Source: a virus
Strand: one strand, 5' to 3'
Length of the DNA stretch: 55,171 bases
Virus record (IMG/VR): IMGVR_UViG_3300012971_000890
The notes beneath the pieces are model-generated. The model searched no databases. It was not told where the DNA came from and saw only the letters and a program-made list of their open reading frames with translations. The translations under genes and the position numbers were made by a program. Below, piece by piece: positions 17,523 to 26,421 of this stretch. Position 1 is the first letter of the stretch. The number at the start of each line of letters is the position of its first letter.

Positions 17523-18185
17523 TCACAGCCTGTTAGCCTGTTCTTCTAAAGCGGCTCTCACTCGCGTGGCGTCGGCCTTTCCTCCTAGCTCCTTCAAGAT
17601 CGGGCCGATAAGCGAGTTGAGAGCCTGCTTTTTTCCTTTCTTGTAATCCTCGATCACCTTGGGTTTTTCCGCCAGGTGCCGGGCCACCGTCGCCTCCAGC
17701 ACGTCCGCCTGCATCTCGTTGAGGATGTCCAACTGAAGGATCGCGGTCAAGGCGTCCACCCCGGTCCAGCACACCCCGAAGACTTCTTTGACCTGGGTGG
17801 CCGACAACACGCCCTTGTGGCGTAGGAACAGGAGTGCCGGAATGTCCTCGCGCAGCCAGGGAAAATAATCCACCATCTGCTCAAACGTCGTCTTGGTTTC
17901 CTCCAACTTGGCCAGCATGTCGTTGGTCAGGAAATTAAAAACCAGCTTGCACCAAATGGGCCACTCCGGTCTGGCCTGGCAGTTATAATGGGGCATTTTG
18001 CACAGCCAGAATATTGCCTTGCCGAGCTTATCGTTGCTTTTCTCCCAATGCTCCTCCTCGGCGGTTAGCCAGAAGTCCACGCCGTCACCCTGGGGGCAGC
18101 CGGCGGCTTCCCACTTGTAATATGCGGCTGTACGGACTTCATGAAGCATCTGGCAGTCTCCGTATGTGCAGCACTCGGAGGCCAA
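17523..18185 (-). CDS. protein with DUF2934-like N-terminus and GatB/YqeY-like C-terminal domain
   Basis: C-terminus IEDYKKGKKQALNSLIGPILKELGGKADATRVRAALEE resembles the GatB/YqeY domain. Confidence 0.45.
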   Translation of the reverse strand: MASECCTYGDCQMLHEVRTAAYYKWEAAGCPQGDGVDFWLTAEEEHWEKSNDKLGKAIFWLCKMPHYNCQARPEWPIWCKLVFNFLTNDMLAKLEETKTTFEQMVDYFPWLREDIPALLFLRHKGVLSATQVKEVFGVCWTGVDALTAILQLDILNEMQADVLEATVARHLAEKPKVIEDYKKGKKQALNSLIGPILKELGGKADATRVRAALEEQANRL

Positions 18186-18321
18186 GTTCTACGGCTTTAT
18201 GGACAAACTCGCGCCGTGCTTTTTCCTCGTCCGGCTCGTTAGTGCTGGCTGGGCACCACTCGCTCTCGCCCAAGTCGTTGAGAACAAGTATTTCGTAGCG
18301 ATATTGATAGCTACCGCTCAT
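18139..18321 (-). CDS. small hypothetical protein (start MSGSYQYRYE...)
   Basis: Internal ATG overlapping the upstream gene stop by 11 nt. Confidence 0.3.
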   Translation of the reverse strand: MSGSYQYRYEILVLNDLGESEWCPASTNEPDEEKARREFVHKAVELGLRVLHIRRLPDAS

Positions 18322-18508
18322 TCCGGGTGATCTCGAACTTGAGCGTAGACAGGTCGTAACCCCGCGCCACAAGCTCCTGTAACCCCTGCTCGCTGAGTAT
18401 GCTGGCGAGCAGGCGGCGGTCGGGACCATTGGGGCCATCGAATAGCAACTTCTTTTCCTTTTCAAATTGCAACTTGCCCCAATAAGCCCGCAGCTTGGTT
18501 TTTTTCAT
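18311..18508 (-). CDS. small hypothetical protein
   Basis: 65 aa; ATG directly after a terminator hairpin. Confidence 0.35.
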   Translation of the reverse strand: MKKTKLRAYWGKLQFEKEKKLLFDGPNGPDRRLLASILSEQGLQELVARGYDLSTLKFEITRNER

Positions 18509-18515
18509 GCGTCTC

Positions 18516-18558
18516 CAAATAAAAAAGGCTGCCGTGCGGCTGCAACCGCACGACAGCC
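18516..18558 (-). terminator. rho-independent terminator (minus strand)
   Basis: 13-bp stem GGCUGUCGUGCGG/CCGCACGGCAGCC followed by UUUUUUAUUU. Confidence 0.65.
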
Positions 18559-18580
18559 CGCACCTGGGAGGGGTGTACGG

Positions 18581-20299
18581 TTACGCCGCCGCGATGTCGG
18601 GACGCAGCTTCTCGATGTTCAGGCCACAACGGCTGAGGCCCTTGCGTTCGATGAAGTCGTCAATATCGAAACTGGCGTTCATGCTGACGTGGCTCAAGTA
18701 GGTCTGATGAACCGCAGCCCGGAAATCATCGACGCGGACGAAGGTGCCCTTGCCGGTCTTGGAGGCCATGTCGCGCTTGAGGGCGCAGGACGTGGCCAGG
18801 TCCACGATGCCGGCGATCATGGCCCCGGAGATGCAGTCCCCCAGGGTCATGTAGTGTTCCCGACCGTCGCCATTCGAGAACTTGTAGAGGACACGCTCCT
18901 GGGAGAAAATCTCGGCGGTAGTATGCGCGGCGATCTCGGCCAAATCGGCGGGGCCGGTCGGGATGTTGCGCAGGTGAATGCGGAAGTATTCAATGGCCGT
19001 GCGGGTGGTCGGACGCCCGATGCGAACGTGGCGGTCAATGCGGCCCTCGCGCACCACGGCGGGGTCCAGGCTGTTGGGCTGGTTGGTGGCCAGCACCACC
19101 ATCACCTTGCTCGTCTCCAGGCCGTCCATTTCGGACAGGAACATGGGGACGATGGTTTTTTCCACGTCGGAGGACTTGCCGGTGCCACGCTGCGGCATGA
19201 TGGCGTCGGCCTCGTCAATGAAAAGCAGCGCCGGGTAGCCGTGCTTTTCGTGGTGTTCACGGCCACGGTCGAACAGTTCACGGATTTGCCGCTCGCTCTC
19301 GCCCACCCACTTGCTGAGCAGTTCCGGTCCCTTGACGTAAATGAAACCGGACTGCATCTGTGGCTTTTCGTGGATTTTGGCGATACTGAAGGCAGCCGCC
19401 TTGGCGCACAGGGTCTTGCCGCAGCCCGGAGGGCCGAAAAGGAGGACGCCCTTGGGTGGCCGCTTGTTGTAGTGGCGGTACAGTTCTGGGAACTGGTACG
19501 GCAATTCGATGGCCTCGACCAGTTGCTCCTTGGCATCGCGGACCCCGGCGATGTCGTCCCAGGTGACCTGGGAATCTTCCAGCAGGTTGAAGCGGTCGTT
19601 GCCCTCGCGCTCCAGCAGCCGGACGATCACGGTGTCGGAAGGGTCCAGAACCACACGGTCGCCGGGCTTGAAGGTCACGTTGGTCAAACCGGCCAAAACC
19701 TGGCGGGGCCGACCGTCCACGTCCACTTCGGCGTGGTCCTTGTCGATCAGGCGGGTGATGCCACAGATCGTACCCCCGCCGGTCGTCTCGGCCTTGTCGT
19801 GAATCTGGTACGATTGCAAATCGACCTTCACAACCTCGGACGGGTGAAACTTCTTGCCGGGGACGCCGTGGACCTCGTACTGTTGGCCGTTGAACACGAT
19901 GACGCAGTTGGTGCCATCATCCTTGCCGAGCAGCTTGACCTGGACGGGGGCATCTTTCAGACCGATGGAGAACTTGTGGCAAGCCCCGTTGGGCAGGGCC
20001 AGCGTCACGTTGTCTTCCTTGTCCACGCCCTTGGAGGCGATCTTGCCGTAGCGCGGGCGCTTATCGTTCTTGCGCCATTCGCGGTCGATAATGAGCATCA
20101 GGTCGCCCTGCTCGAAGGCTTCCAGGTTGAACTCATTACGAGCCTTCACCACCGTGGCGTAGACCAGGGGAGCCGCGAGGAGACGAGCCACGAAGCACTC
20201 GTATTCCAGAATGGTCCCCTTGGCTTCCTCCAACAGCGCCATCATCTGTTCTTCGTTCATTGGAATCCTCGCATCCATTCTAGTTCTCCCCATAGTCAA
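18581..20299 (-). CDS. AAA+ ATPase, ARC/Mpa (proteasome-associated ATPase)-like: N-terminal coiled coil, OB-like middle region, single AAA domain
   Basis: Walker A GPPGCGKT, Walker B LLFIDEADA, second region of homology; the 572-aa length and domain order fit ARC/Mpa. Confidence 0.75.
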   Translation of the reverse strand: MTMGRTRMDARIPMNEEQMMALLEEAKGTILEYECFVARLLAAPLVYATVVKARNEFNLEAFEQGDLMLIIDREWRKNDKRPRYGKIASKGVDKEDNVTLALPNGACHKFSIGLKDAPVQVKLLGKDDGTNCVIVFNGQQYEVHGVPGKKFHPSEVVKVDLQSYQIHDKAETTGGGTICGITRLIDKDHAEVDVDGRPRQVLAGLTNVTFKPGDRVVLDPSDTVIVRLLEREGNDRFNLLEDSQVTWDDIAGVRDAKEQLVEAIELPYQFPELYRHYNKRPPKGVLLFGPPGCGKTLCAKAAAFSIAKIHEKPQMQSGFIYVKGPELLSKWVGESERQIRELFDRGREHHEKHGYPALLFIDEADAIMPQRGTGKSSDVEKTIVPMFLSEMDGLETSKVMVVLATNQPNSLDPAVVREGRIDRHVRIGRPTTRTAIEYFRIHLRNIPTGPADLAEIAAHTTAEIFSQERVLYKFSNGDGREHYMTLGDCISGAMIAGIVDLATSCALKRDMASKTGKGTFVRVDDFRAAVHQTYLSHVSMNASFDIDDFIERKGLSRCGLNIEKLRPDIAAA

Positions 20300-21057
20300 C
20301 GGGCCTTGACTAAGATTTCCTTGCCCGTGTCCTCAAAATCATAGCCGCCACTCGACGGGACGGCAATGGTCTTGAGCGGGGCCTTGGTAACGCGCACGTT
20401 GTTGTTAACGTCCACCGTGTAGCTGGCGAGCGGCTTGCCGGCGGTCTTCCCGGTGGGCGTGGGCTTCTGCACAACCAGAGTGGTGCCGTCCTTGGTCCAC
20501 ACGGCCACCTTGTCCTTCGGCTTGAAGCCGCAGGCGCGGAGGTACTTGGCGGGGATGCACACCGTCCCACGGGCGTCGGGCTTACGGCCCTTCTTGGCCG
20601 TCCCGGCGGCTAACTTCGGCAAACTGGAAGGTGGGGCGAGGCTCGCCGTACCGCCACCGCCAGAGCCGTTGTCACTGGACCCGTCGTCGGCATTGGGGTC
20701 AGCTTGGCCCTGGGCGTAAAAGCCACTGACCGCCGCCGCCACGTCCGCCGGATTCGAGTTGGCCGCAGGGCGAGGCTTGGAGTGCGGGTTGAACGTCGTC
20801 GGGTCATCGGTGTGGCGATGGTAGAGGAACGCCGGCATGGGCGCTCCCGCGATGGGGATGAGCGTCCGGGTGTAGTCCGGCCCCATCAACCCGCGACCGT
20901 AGTAGTCGTGGACCACCTGCTTGATGTTGTCGTGGCGTTCGCGGTGGCCCCGGTTCCTGACCTCCTTGGTCACGTCGTAGGCGGTGAACATCTCACCGTC
21001 TTGAACCTTGTCATTGACCACCGACTCGATCACGCTCTGAAGGGCTGCATCAACCAT
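20296..21057 (-). CDS. protein with C-terminal AbrB/SpoVT-type swapped-hairpin DNA-binding domain
   Basis: C-terminus TVCIPAKYLRACGFKPKDKVAVWTKDGTTLVVQK; Gly/Ser/Ala-rich linker; TTTACA promoter copy upstream. Confidence 0.5.
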   Translation of the reverse strand: MVDAALQSVIESVVNDKVQDGEMFTAYDVTKEVRNRGHRERHDNIKQVVHDYYGRGLMGPDYTRTLIPIAGAPMPAFLYHRHTDDPTTFNPHSKPRPAANSNPADVAAAVSGFYAQGQADPNADDGSSDNGSGGGGTASLAPPSSLPKLAAGTAKKGRKPDARGTVCIPAKYLRACGFKPKDKVAVWTKDGTTLVVQKPTPTGKTAGKPLASYTVDVNNNVRVTKAPLKTIAVPSSGGYDFEDTGKEILVKAR

Positions 21058-21080
21058 TGTTCGTTCCTTTCTGTTACGCT

Positions 21081-21109
21081 ACTTTACTGCGAGTCTTCGC
21101 CGTTGTAAA
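21081..21109 (-). promoter_or_regulatory. phage promoter, CTTTACAAC-N17-TAAAGT
   Basis: Upstream of the AbrB-domain gene. Confidence 0.6.
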
Positions 21110-21120
21110 GCAGAACTTTT

Positions 21121-21486
21121 TTAGTCGTCGTCATCAATGCTGCGGTGTCTTGGGACGCCTTGTGGGTATTTAGCCTTGAGCCGGCGCTCCAATATAACCC
21201 ACTCGATAGCTTCTTGCACATCGGGCCAATATATGGCGGGCTGATCCCATTCCCCCTCCGTGGTTTCGTCCAGGGACTTGAGGATGCGCGATTCAAAAAA
21301 CTCGCCGCCGTCCACATCTCGCTGGACCAAACGGCACATGGTCCAGAACAGGATGTCATTGGCTTCGTCAAGGGACCGGGCCGGGATGTCATACGGCCCG
21401 GTCCACTTGTAGTTTTTCTGCATCGTCTCCAGGTCGTAGACGACGTAGCAAAACTTCATCGGGAAGGTTTCAAGCTTGCGTCTCAT
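21121..21486 (-). CDS. hypothetical protein, translationally coupled to the PARP-like gene
   Basis: ATGA overlap at 21483-21486 with the PARP-like stop. Confidence 0.45.
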   Translation of the reverse strand: MRRKLETFPMKFCYVVYDLETMQKNYKWTGPYDIPARSLDEANDILFWTMCRLVQRDVDGGEFFESRILKSLDETTEGEWDQPAIYWPDVQEAIEWVILERRLKAKYPQGVPRHRSIDDDD

Positions 21487-23105
21487 GCCGCAAATTCCAC
21501 GAGGTAGCGAAGCTCGAACTGGTTGCGCTGGAACACGATCCACTCGTTGTTCTGGACCTGCGAGTGGCCTCCCTTTCCGAAGACGCAGTGGCAGCCAGCC
21601 GGCGGGGCGGTATAACCACGCGGACCTGGCGCGACGTGCGGACGGCCCAGCACCACGTCACCCGCGAACATGAAAGCTTCACGGCCCCGCACGGCACCGC
21701 CGCCGGACGACCAGTAGCTCCCCCGCAGGCTGGTGTAGCCGGCACTTTTCTTCCAGTCGTCGGCCCAATAAATGCCGGGGCCGAACATAGCGCCGGTGAT
21801 GACCACGCCGACCAACTGACTCGGCATACGCAGGTTCTCCCGCAGGATGCCGGTGACGTTGACCGAGCGGGTGCCGTGGAACAGCAGGCCGGTGTTGCTG
21901 TCACGGTAGCGGCGGATGTCGTCGCTATTTTGCAAATCCGCACGCTCCGGCGGCTGGAACAGGGGCCGCTCGTCAATGCGATGCTTGCCCTGGACGATGC
22001 CGGCCTGCGCCCCCACCACCAACTTGTGGTCGCCGTGGCGCTCGACCCGCCAGGCGTTCTTGATTTTCATGGCTCCCAGGTAGCCGTGCTTGTTGGCCGT
22101 AGCGCGGGGCCACCAGCCGTAAAGCCACTTGCCCACATCGCTCTTGGGGTCGATCCACTCCATCTCGATGGGCATACCACCGAACGGGTCGTGCTGATGC
22201 TTCACGTCGTCCACGTCCGCAGCGACCGCCAGAGCCGCCTCAAAGGCGTCCAGGTCCGCCTGCCAGCCCAGGATGTTGCTGGTGTTGAGAATCCAGTCCT
22301 GGGGCGGGCAGTGCAGCGGCTTCTTCTTGGGGATGCGACCGTACATGAGCGCGGTCAAGTGCTTCAGGTCGTCATCGGCCACCTGGGCGTCCACGCTGTC
22401 GCCCACCACCAGCAGGCGCTTCTGGGCTTCGGCCAGGAAGTCGCGGGCCTCCTCGATGGCCGCTTGGGTGGGGATGGAGGCATCGGCCATGCTGCCACGG
22501 GCGTACTGCACCGTCGCCACGTTCAGGTCGCGCATGAGCGAGAGCGTATTCTGGTCCGCCGCACGGGCCGGGGCCTTGATGACCTTCTTCTTGGCACCTT
22601 TTTTGTCGTCCGCCGGGGTGTCGTCGGGCTTGTCCTTCGGTTTCGCCCCGTCGTTGGCCTTGATGGTGCGGGCGTCCGGCAGGCCAGTGCTGCGGGTCGC
22701 CATCGCCCGGACGAGGTAGCAGTCCTTGCCGGCGCGGGCACGCAGCACCCGCTTGCTGGCCACCTGGACCCACTCGCCCCGCTTGTCGTTCTTGTCGTGG
22801 AGTTGCGAAGCGAATTCACGCTGGGCGTCCGCCTCGCCGGAGCAGACCACGAACTGGAAGTTGGGGTTTTTCGCCCCGGTGCGGCCCCACTCGAAGTAAA
22901 CGGCCCACTGGCCGCTCGTCTTATGCTTGACGACCGCCGCGTGGTAGTATTTGTTTGAGTCCTTGCCGTCCTGGGTGAAACACCCCATGTCGGCAATCTT
23001 GCAACTGTCGAAGTCCCCATCCGCGATGGCGGGTGGTCCGAAGCACTGCCAATCGTTGGGGCTGGACCCGTTCGGGTAACTGTTCTTCTCGATCTTCGAT
23101 CCCAT
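21483..23105 (-). CDS. poly(ADP-ribose) polymerase-like ADP-ribosyltransferase with N-terminal WGR domain
   Basis: WGR motif (WAVYFEWGRTG); catalytic H-Y-E triad context LLFHGTRS, GPGIYWADD, QNNEWIVFQ; RBS GGAGAG; TTTACA promoter copy upstream. Confidence 0.75.
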   Translation of the reverse strand: MGSKIEKNSYPNGSSPNDWQCFGPPAIADGDFDSCKIADMGCFTQDGKDSNKYYHAAVVKHKTSGQWAVYFEWGRTGAKNPNFQFVVCSGEADAQREFASQLHDKNDKRGEWVQVASKRVLRARAGKDCYLVRAMATRSTGLPDARTIKANDGAKPKDKPDDTPADDKKGAKKKVIKAPARAADQNTLSLMRDLNVATVQYARGSMADASIPTQAAIEEARDFLAEAQKRLLVVGDSVDAQVADDDLKHLTALMYGRIPKKKPLHCPPQDWILNTSNILGWQADLDAFEAALAVAADVDDVKHQHDPFGGMPIEMEWIDPKSDVGKWLYGWWPRATANKHGYLGAMKIKNAWRVERHGDHKLVVGAQAGIVQGKHRIDERPLFQPPERADLQNSDDIRRYRDSNTGLLFHGTRSVNVTGILRENLRMPSQLVGVVITGAMFGPGIYWADDWKKSAGYTSLRGSYWSSGGGAVRGREAFMFAGDVVLGRPHVAPGPRGYTAPPAGCHCVFGKGGHSQVQNNEWIVFQRNQFELRYLVEFAA

Positions 23106-23156
23106 GACGTTCTCTCCAGGGGTAAAGTAACATCCGTCTGCTGTTGATATTACATC

Positions 23157-23185
23157 GGCAGAAGCCGGTTGTAAATTAAGAAATC
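23157..23185 (-). promoter_or_regulatory. phage promoter, ATTTACAAC-N17-TAATAT
   Basis: Upstream of the PARP-like gene. Confidence 0.65.
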
Positions 23186-23189
23186 CGCG

Positions 23190-23465
23190 TTACTCCAGCC
23201 CCGCCCGTTCCCGCAAATGGCGCAGGCAATGGATGCACACCGGGCGAAGGAAATCCAGCATCTTGTCGTAGCCGCCCAGACGCTCGCGGCGGTCCTCGCA
23301 GTCCGGGCAGATGTAGTCGAAATCAACCTCCCGGTCGTCGTTGTTCTCGATAGGCAGCCACTCTGTTGTCTCTGGCCGCTCCATCAAGTGGATGCAGATG
23401 ATGGCCCAGGGTGCCCAGGTGTGATCGGCACACCGGATCAGGTTGGGGGCTTTGTTCTTGGCCAC
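23190..23465 (-). CDS. small Cys-rich protein
   Basis: 91 aa with CPDC ... CIHC. Confidence 0.45.
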   Translation of the reverse strand: MAKNKAPNLIRCADHTWAPWAIICIHLMERPETTEWLPIENNDDREVDFDYICPDCEDRRERLGGYDKMLDFLRPVCIHCLRHLRERAGLE

Positions 23466-23480
23466 GTTAGACTCCTTTCG

Positions 23481-23993
23481 TCACAACTCCACGTCTACTT
23501 TCTCTGTGTACAGGCCCGCCGCCATCCAAAGCGCCTTCATGGCAGTGTTATCCAGTCGGTCGTCCACGGTTTGTATCGGGGGCACGTCGGGAAATTCTCG
23601 CCACGCCTTTCGGGCGATCCTCGCCGCCTTTTGCACCGTCTCCGGTATCTTAGTTAAGTCGTGCGTATGGGCGTGATAACACACCTTATCACACGGTTGA
23701 CCATGCCACACCCATCGCTGGAACCAGATCGAATAGCCGTAGCGGGGTCGCCCTGTGTCAATATCGTTGCCCCAGCCCATGTAGGTGAGCCGGTCTTCAC
23801 TGATCCAGCCCAGCTTGGTCATCACCAGGCGAATCTTCACGGGGTCCGGTTTCCTCGGCATTTTCGGGGTCCGTGGAAAATAAAAGGGGCCAACAGTCAC
23901 GGCGCTGCTTCCCGGTCTTGCTGTGTCGGCGGTTGCATTCGGGGGCAGCTTCGTGAATGATCCGCATGGTGTCTCGAAATAAACCAACCACAC
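23481..23993 (-). CDS. hypothetical protein (true start probably internal)
   Basis: The N-terminal part of the track ORF overlaps the next gene. Confidence 0.4.
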   Translation of the reverse strand: MWLVYFETPCGSFTKLPPNATADTARPGSSAVTVGPFYFPRTPKMPRKPDPVKIRLVMTKLGWISEDRLTYMGWGNDIDTGRPRYGYSIWFQRWVWHGQPCDKVCYHAHTHDLTKIPETVQKAARIARKAWREFPDVPPIQTVDDRLDNTAMKALWMAAGLYTEKVDVEL

Positions 23994-24279
23994 AGCACCG
24001 AGCGTAACTGTATATCAAGGGCGGCAGCCACGCCCGTCCTTGTTCCAGCTTCTCCAACTTTTTATCGCGCACCAGCGTCAGGCAGTACATGAGCAGCGAG
24101 GGGTCGGCAGCCAGATGCTTCTTGAGGCGCAGGACAACATCCTTGCACTCGTTCCAAACCTTCATGACGAAGTGGGTAACTTTCTGGTCCTTCGCCTCCA
24201 TCAGCAGCTTGTTGAGAGTGACGTGGCTGGGGCGGCTGCCGATGGTGCCCACGTCAATATGTCCGCCATGCCGAGTCAT
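23797..24279 (-). CDS. hypothetical protein
   Basis: 160-aa ORF. Confidence 0.35.
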   Translation of the reverse strand: MTRHGGHIDVGTIGSRPSHVTLNKLLMEAKDQKVTHFVMKVWNECKDVVLRLKKHLAADPSLLMYCLTLVRDKKLEKLEQGRAWLPPLIYSYARCCVVGLFRDTMRIIHEAAPECNRRHSKTGKQRRDCWPLLFSTDPENAEETGPREDSPGDDQAGLDQ

Positions 24280-24602
24280 TGCTCACTCCCACTGTGACTA
24301 CTGATGCCCGTCAGCAGGCGGGTGTCCTGGGTGCAGGGCCGAATTTCTCCGGCTGGGGTGGTCCATGTCAAACGCCTGTATTCGTAGTACAGACGGTAGC
24401 GGTAGAAATAACCGCTATATTGAACGTGGTACTCCTCGATCTCGAACGACCCCTCGCGGTGCATGTCAAGCAACACCCCGTTGGACAGCACCCAGGACAC
24501 CGCCAGAAAGTCGTCCAGGTGGAGTGACATCTCACAGGTAGTTTCTCGTGAGAAACGCGATGACGCTGCGCATCCCCGCAGGAATATCAATTGCCACGGC
24601 AA
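24276..24602 (-). CDS. hypothetical protein (likely start MSLHLDD... at 24530)
   Basis: An internal ATG gives an ATGA overlap with the next gene. Confidence 0.35.
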   Translation of the reverse strand: MPWQLIFLRGCAASSRFSRETTCEMSLHLDDFLAVSWVLSNGVLLDMHREGSFEIEEYHVQYSGYFYRYRLYYEYRRLTWTTPAGEIRPCTQDTRLLTGISSHSGSEQ

Positions 24603-24720
24603 ACTCCTTGCCCTCCCGTTCGGCCTTTTCCTTCAAGACTTCCTCGACCCGGCACTCCAGCGCCAAACCGAGTTTTTGACATTCCTCGTCCGTGAGGGTA
24701 ACGTTTGCTTGAAATACCAC
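24532..24720 (-). CDS. small hypothetical protein (62 aa)
   Basis: Compact ORF between the macro-domain gene and 24276..24602. Confidence 0.35.
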   Translation of the reverse strand: MVFQANVTLTDEECQKLGLALECRVEEVLKEKAEREGKEFAVAIDIPAGMRSVIAFLTRNYL

Positions 24721-24730
24721 TTTCTGCTCC

Positions 24731-25243
24731 TTAGTTGGGAGGCGTCCAGCCCGGAGGAAGGAAGCGCCGGAGATAAAAGACCGTGACAGGCAGATCGTTC
24801 TCCAACCAGTGGCGGGCGATCAGTTCCTCGATTTTGTTCCAATCACCCCCGGCGATGCCTGAACCGAAAAGCGGGCAGCGAATTTCCACGTCGCGGCCCG
24901 CCTGGATATATTGTTTCGCCGTGGTGGCGACGGCCTTGAGGCACGCCTCCAGCGAGTCGTAAATCAAGGGCGGGTTATGCCCGAAGTGCTGCGCCACCAT
25001 GTTGGCAACCACCACGTTGCCGTCGTCGCTGGGGACGAACTGCGTTTGCCCCAAGGCCAGGTCATGATTGGCGAGGTAAAGGGTTTTGGCGACGGGAAAC
25101 TGCTCGGCCAGGGGCAGGACGAAACCGGCACCCCACACCTTCTCGTCATTAACGACGTGCGGGATGATGACCAGTTTCGGGTCGTGGGGGTCGAGCGAGG
25201 CGAACAGGTCGCCCTCGACGTAGGCGGGATGGGTCTTGGCCAC
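24731..25243 (-). CDS. macro-domain protein (ADP-ribose binding or hydrolysing)
   Basis: VVNDEKVWGAGFV ... CPLFGSGIAGGDWNKIEELI matches the macro-domain Gly-rich loops. Confidence 0.7.
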   Translation of the reverse strand: MAKTHPAYVEGDLFASLDPHDPKLVIIPHVVNDEKVWGAGFVLPLAEQFPVAKTLYLANHDLALGQTQFVPSDDGNVVVANMVAQHFGHNPPLIYDSLEACLKAVATTAKQYIQAGRDVEIRCPLFGSGIAGGDWNKIEELIARHWLENDLPVTVFYLRRFLPPGWTPPN

Positions 25244-25516
25244 AAGTCTCCCCAGCCAACGTGAGCCAGCCGGGGCTTCTCCTTTCTGAATGTAAGAGTG
25301 CGGTCTTCGGGGGCGGTTTTGGCCACTTGCCCGATACTCGGTTTCCCTTCAAGCGAGTGTCCCAGGGTGGCTTGCGGGCCAGTGCCCCGGTACTCGTCGG
25401 GAGCCAAAGAGCGCTCAGGCCGCAACCTTCGCGCTCCCGGTGGCAGTGCTGCCGGAGGCTCTAGGCTTCTTCACCCCAGCCGCCTCCCTAGCCGCCGCTC
25501 TTTCGGCCATGTCCAG

Positions 25517-25545
25517 ATTCTACAGACGGATTTTCCGGTTGTAAA
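25517..25545 (-). promoter_or_regulatory. phage promoter, CTTTACAAC-N17-TAGAAT
   Basis: About 270 nt upstream of the macro-domain gene. Confidence 0.6.
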
Positions 25546-25551
25546 GCAAAG

Positions 25552-25737
25552 TTATTCCTTCGCCGGCTCTTCTGCCTCGTGGGAGCAGTAGCCACAGCGA
25601 GCGCCGGTGAGAATGCCGCCGCAAGTGCAGCAGTAGCGAGTCAGGAAGTTCTGAATGAACTCCAGGCGGTCTTCCGGGCGGAAGTGCTTCTGCCGCTCCA
25701 GAAACGCCTCATATTCCTCCTTGGCGGACTGCAACAT
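25552..25737 (-). CDS. small zinc-ribbon protein
   Basis: CCTCGG ... CGYCSH. Confidence 0.4.
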   Translation of the reverse strand: MLQSAKEEYEAFLERQKHFRPEDRLEFIQNFLTRYCCTCGGILTGARCGYCSHEAEEPAKE

Positions 25738-26380
25738 CGACGCCTCCGATCAGGGTGTTTGGGGTGAGGGGCTGCTTCATCCAGTGCTGGGAGGTTTGGA
25801 CGTGTCGGGGCCGGACGTACTTGGCGACGTGCAGGCCGAAATCCTGGTAGGGAAAAGCATCACGGGTGCGAACGACGTAGCCTTCGCAAGTGTGTCCGAA
25901 CGCCGAGGCGCGGGGCCACAAGTCGCGGATGCGGTCCTCGTCCCAGATTCCCTCATATAAAACCGGCACCGTGGGCACGTCCAGCAGACAGGCCCACTCC
26001 TGGGTGTCGTCCCAGGAAAGACAGGTGTTTCCGTCGTCATAAATACCGATCAGGTAGAAATAAGCGGTCAGGCGGTCGTAGAAGATGCTGTGCTTGGCGT
26101 ACAGGTTTTCACCACATAATCGCCAGCCCTGCGGGATGTTATGGCGAATTGAAGCGTGGACTTGCTTGACCAAAGTGCGGGAAGGATGGCTGCCTGAACT
26201 GCGGGAACGGGCGTGGTAGTGGATCGGATACATGGACGTATTTTCACCGTCCAGCTTCTCGGTCATGATGACTTGCTTGCCGAGAAAATGGTTCACATCC
26301 CCCAGCACCCTGTCGTCCTGGTCGGACTTTCGGCTCCAGGGAAAGTGGGGCGTTCGCGGGTACTTGTAAAGCCCGTTCAT
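25709..26380 (-). CDS. ATP-dependent RNA ligase (PF09414/Rnl2-like minimal ligase)
   Basis: YKYPRTPHFPWS N-terminus; motif I TEKLDGEN; motif IV CEGYVVR; motif V HVAKYVRP. Confidence 0.6.
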   Translation of the reverse strand: MNGLYKYPRTPHFPWSRKSDQDDRVLGDVNHFLGKQVIMTEKLDGENTSMYPIHYHARSRSSGSHPSRTLVKQVHASIRHNIPQGWRLCGENLYAKHSIFYDRLTAYFYLIGIYDDGNTCLSWDDTQEWACLLDVPTVPVLYEGIWDEDRIRDLWPRASAFGHTCEGYVVRTRDAFPYQDFGLHVAKYVRPRHVQTSQHWMKQPLTPNTLIGGVDVAVRQGGI

Positions 26381-26421
26381 GGGAACCTCCTCGCCTATAG
26401 TACGTCGAGAAGGGCCAATTG

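Noticed and set aside
24964-25425. 153-aa ORF in the macro-gene leader
   Set aside because: Arg/Pro/Ser/Thr-rich junk composition with no RBS. The region is more plausibly a structured non-coding leader.
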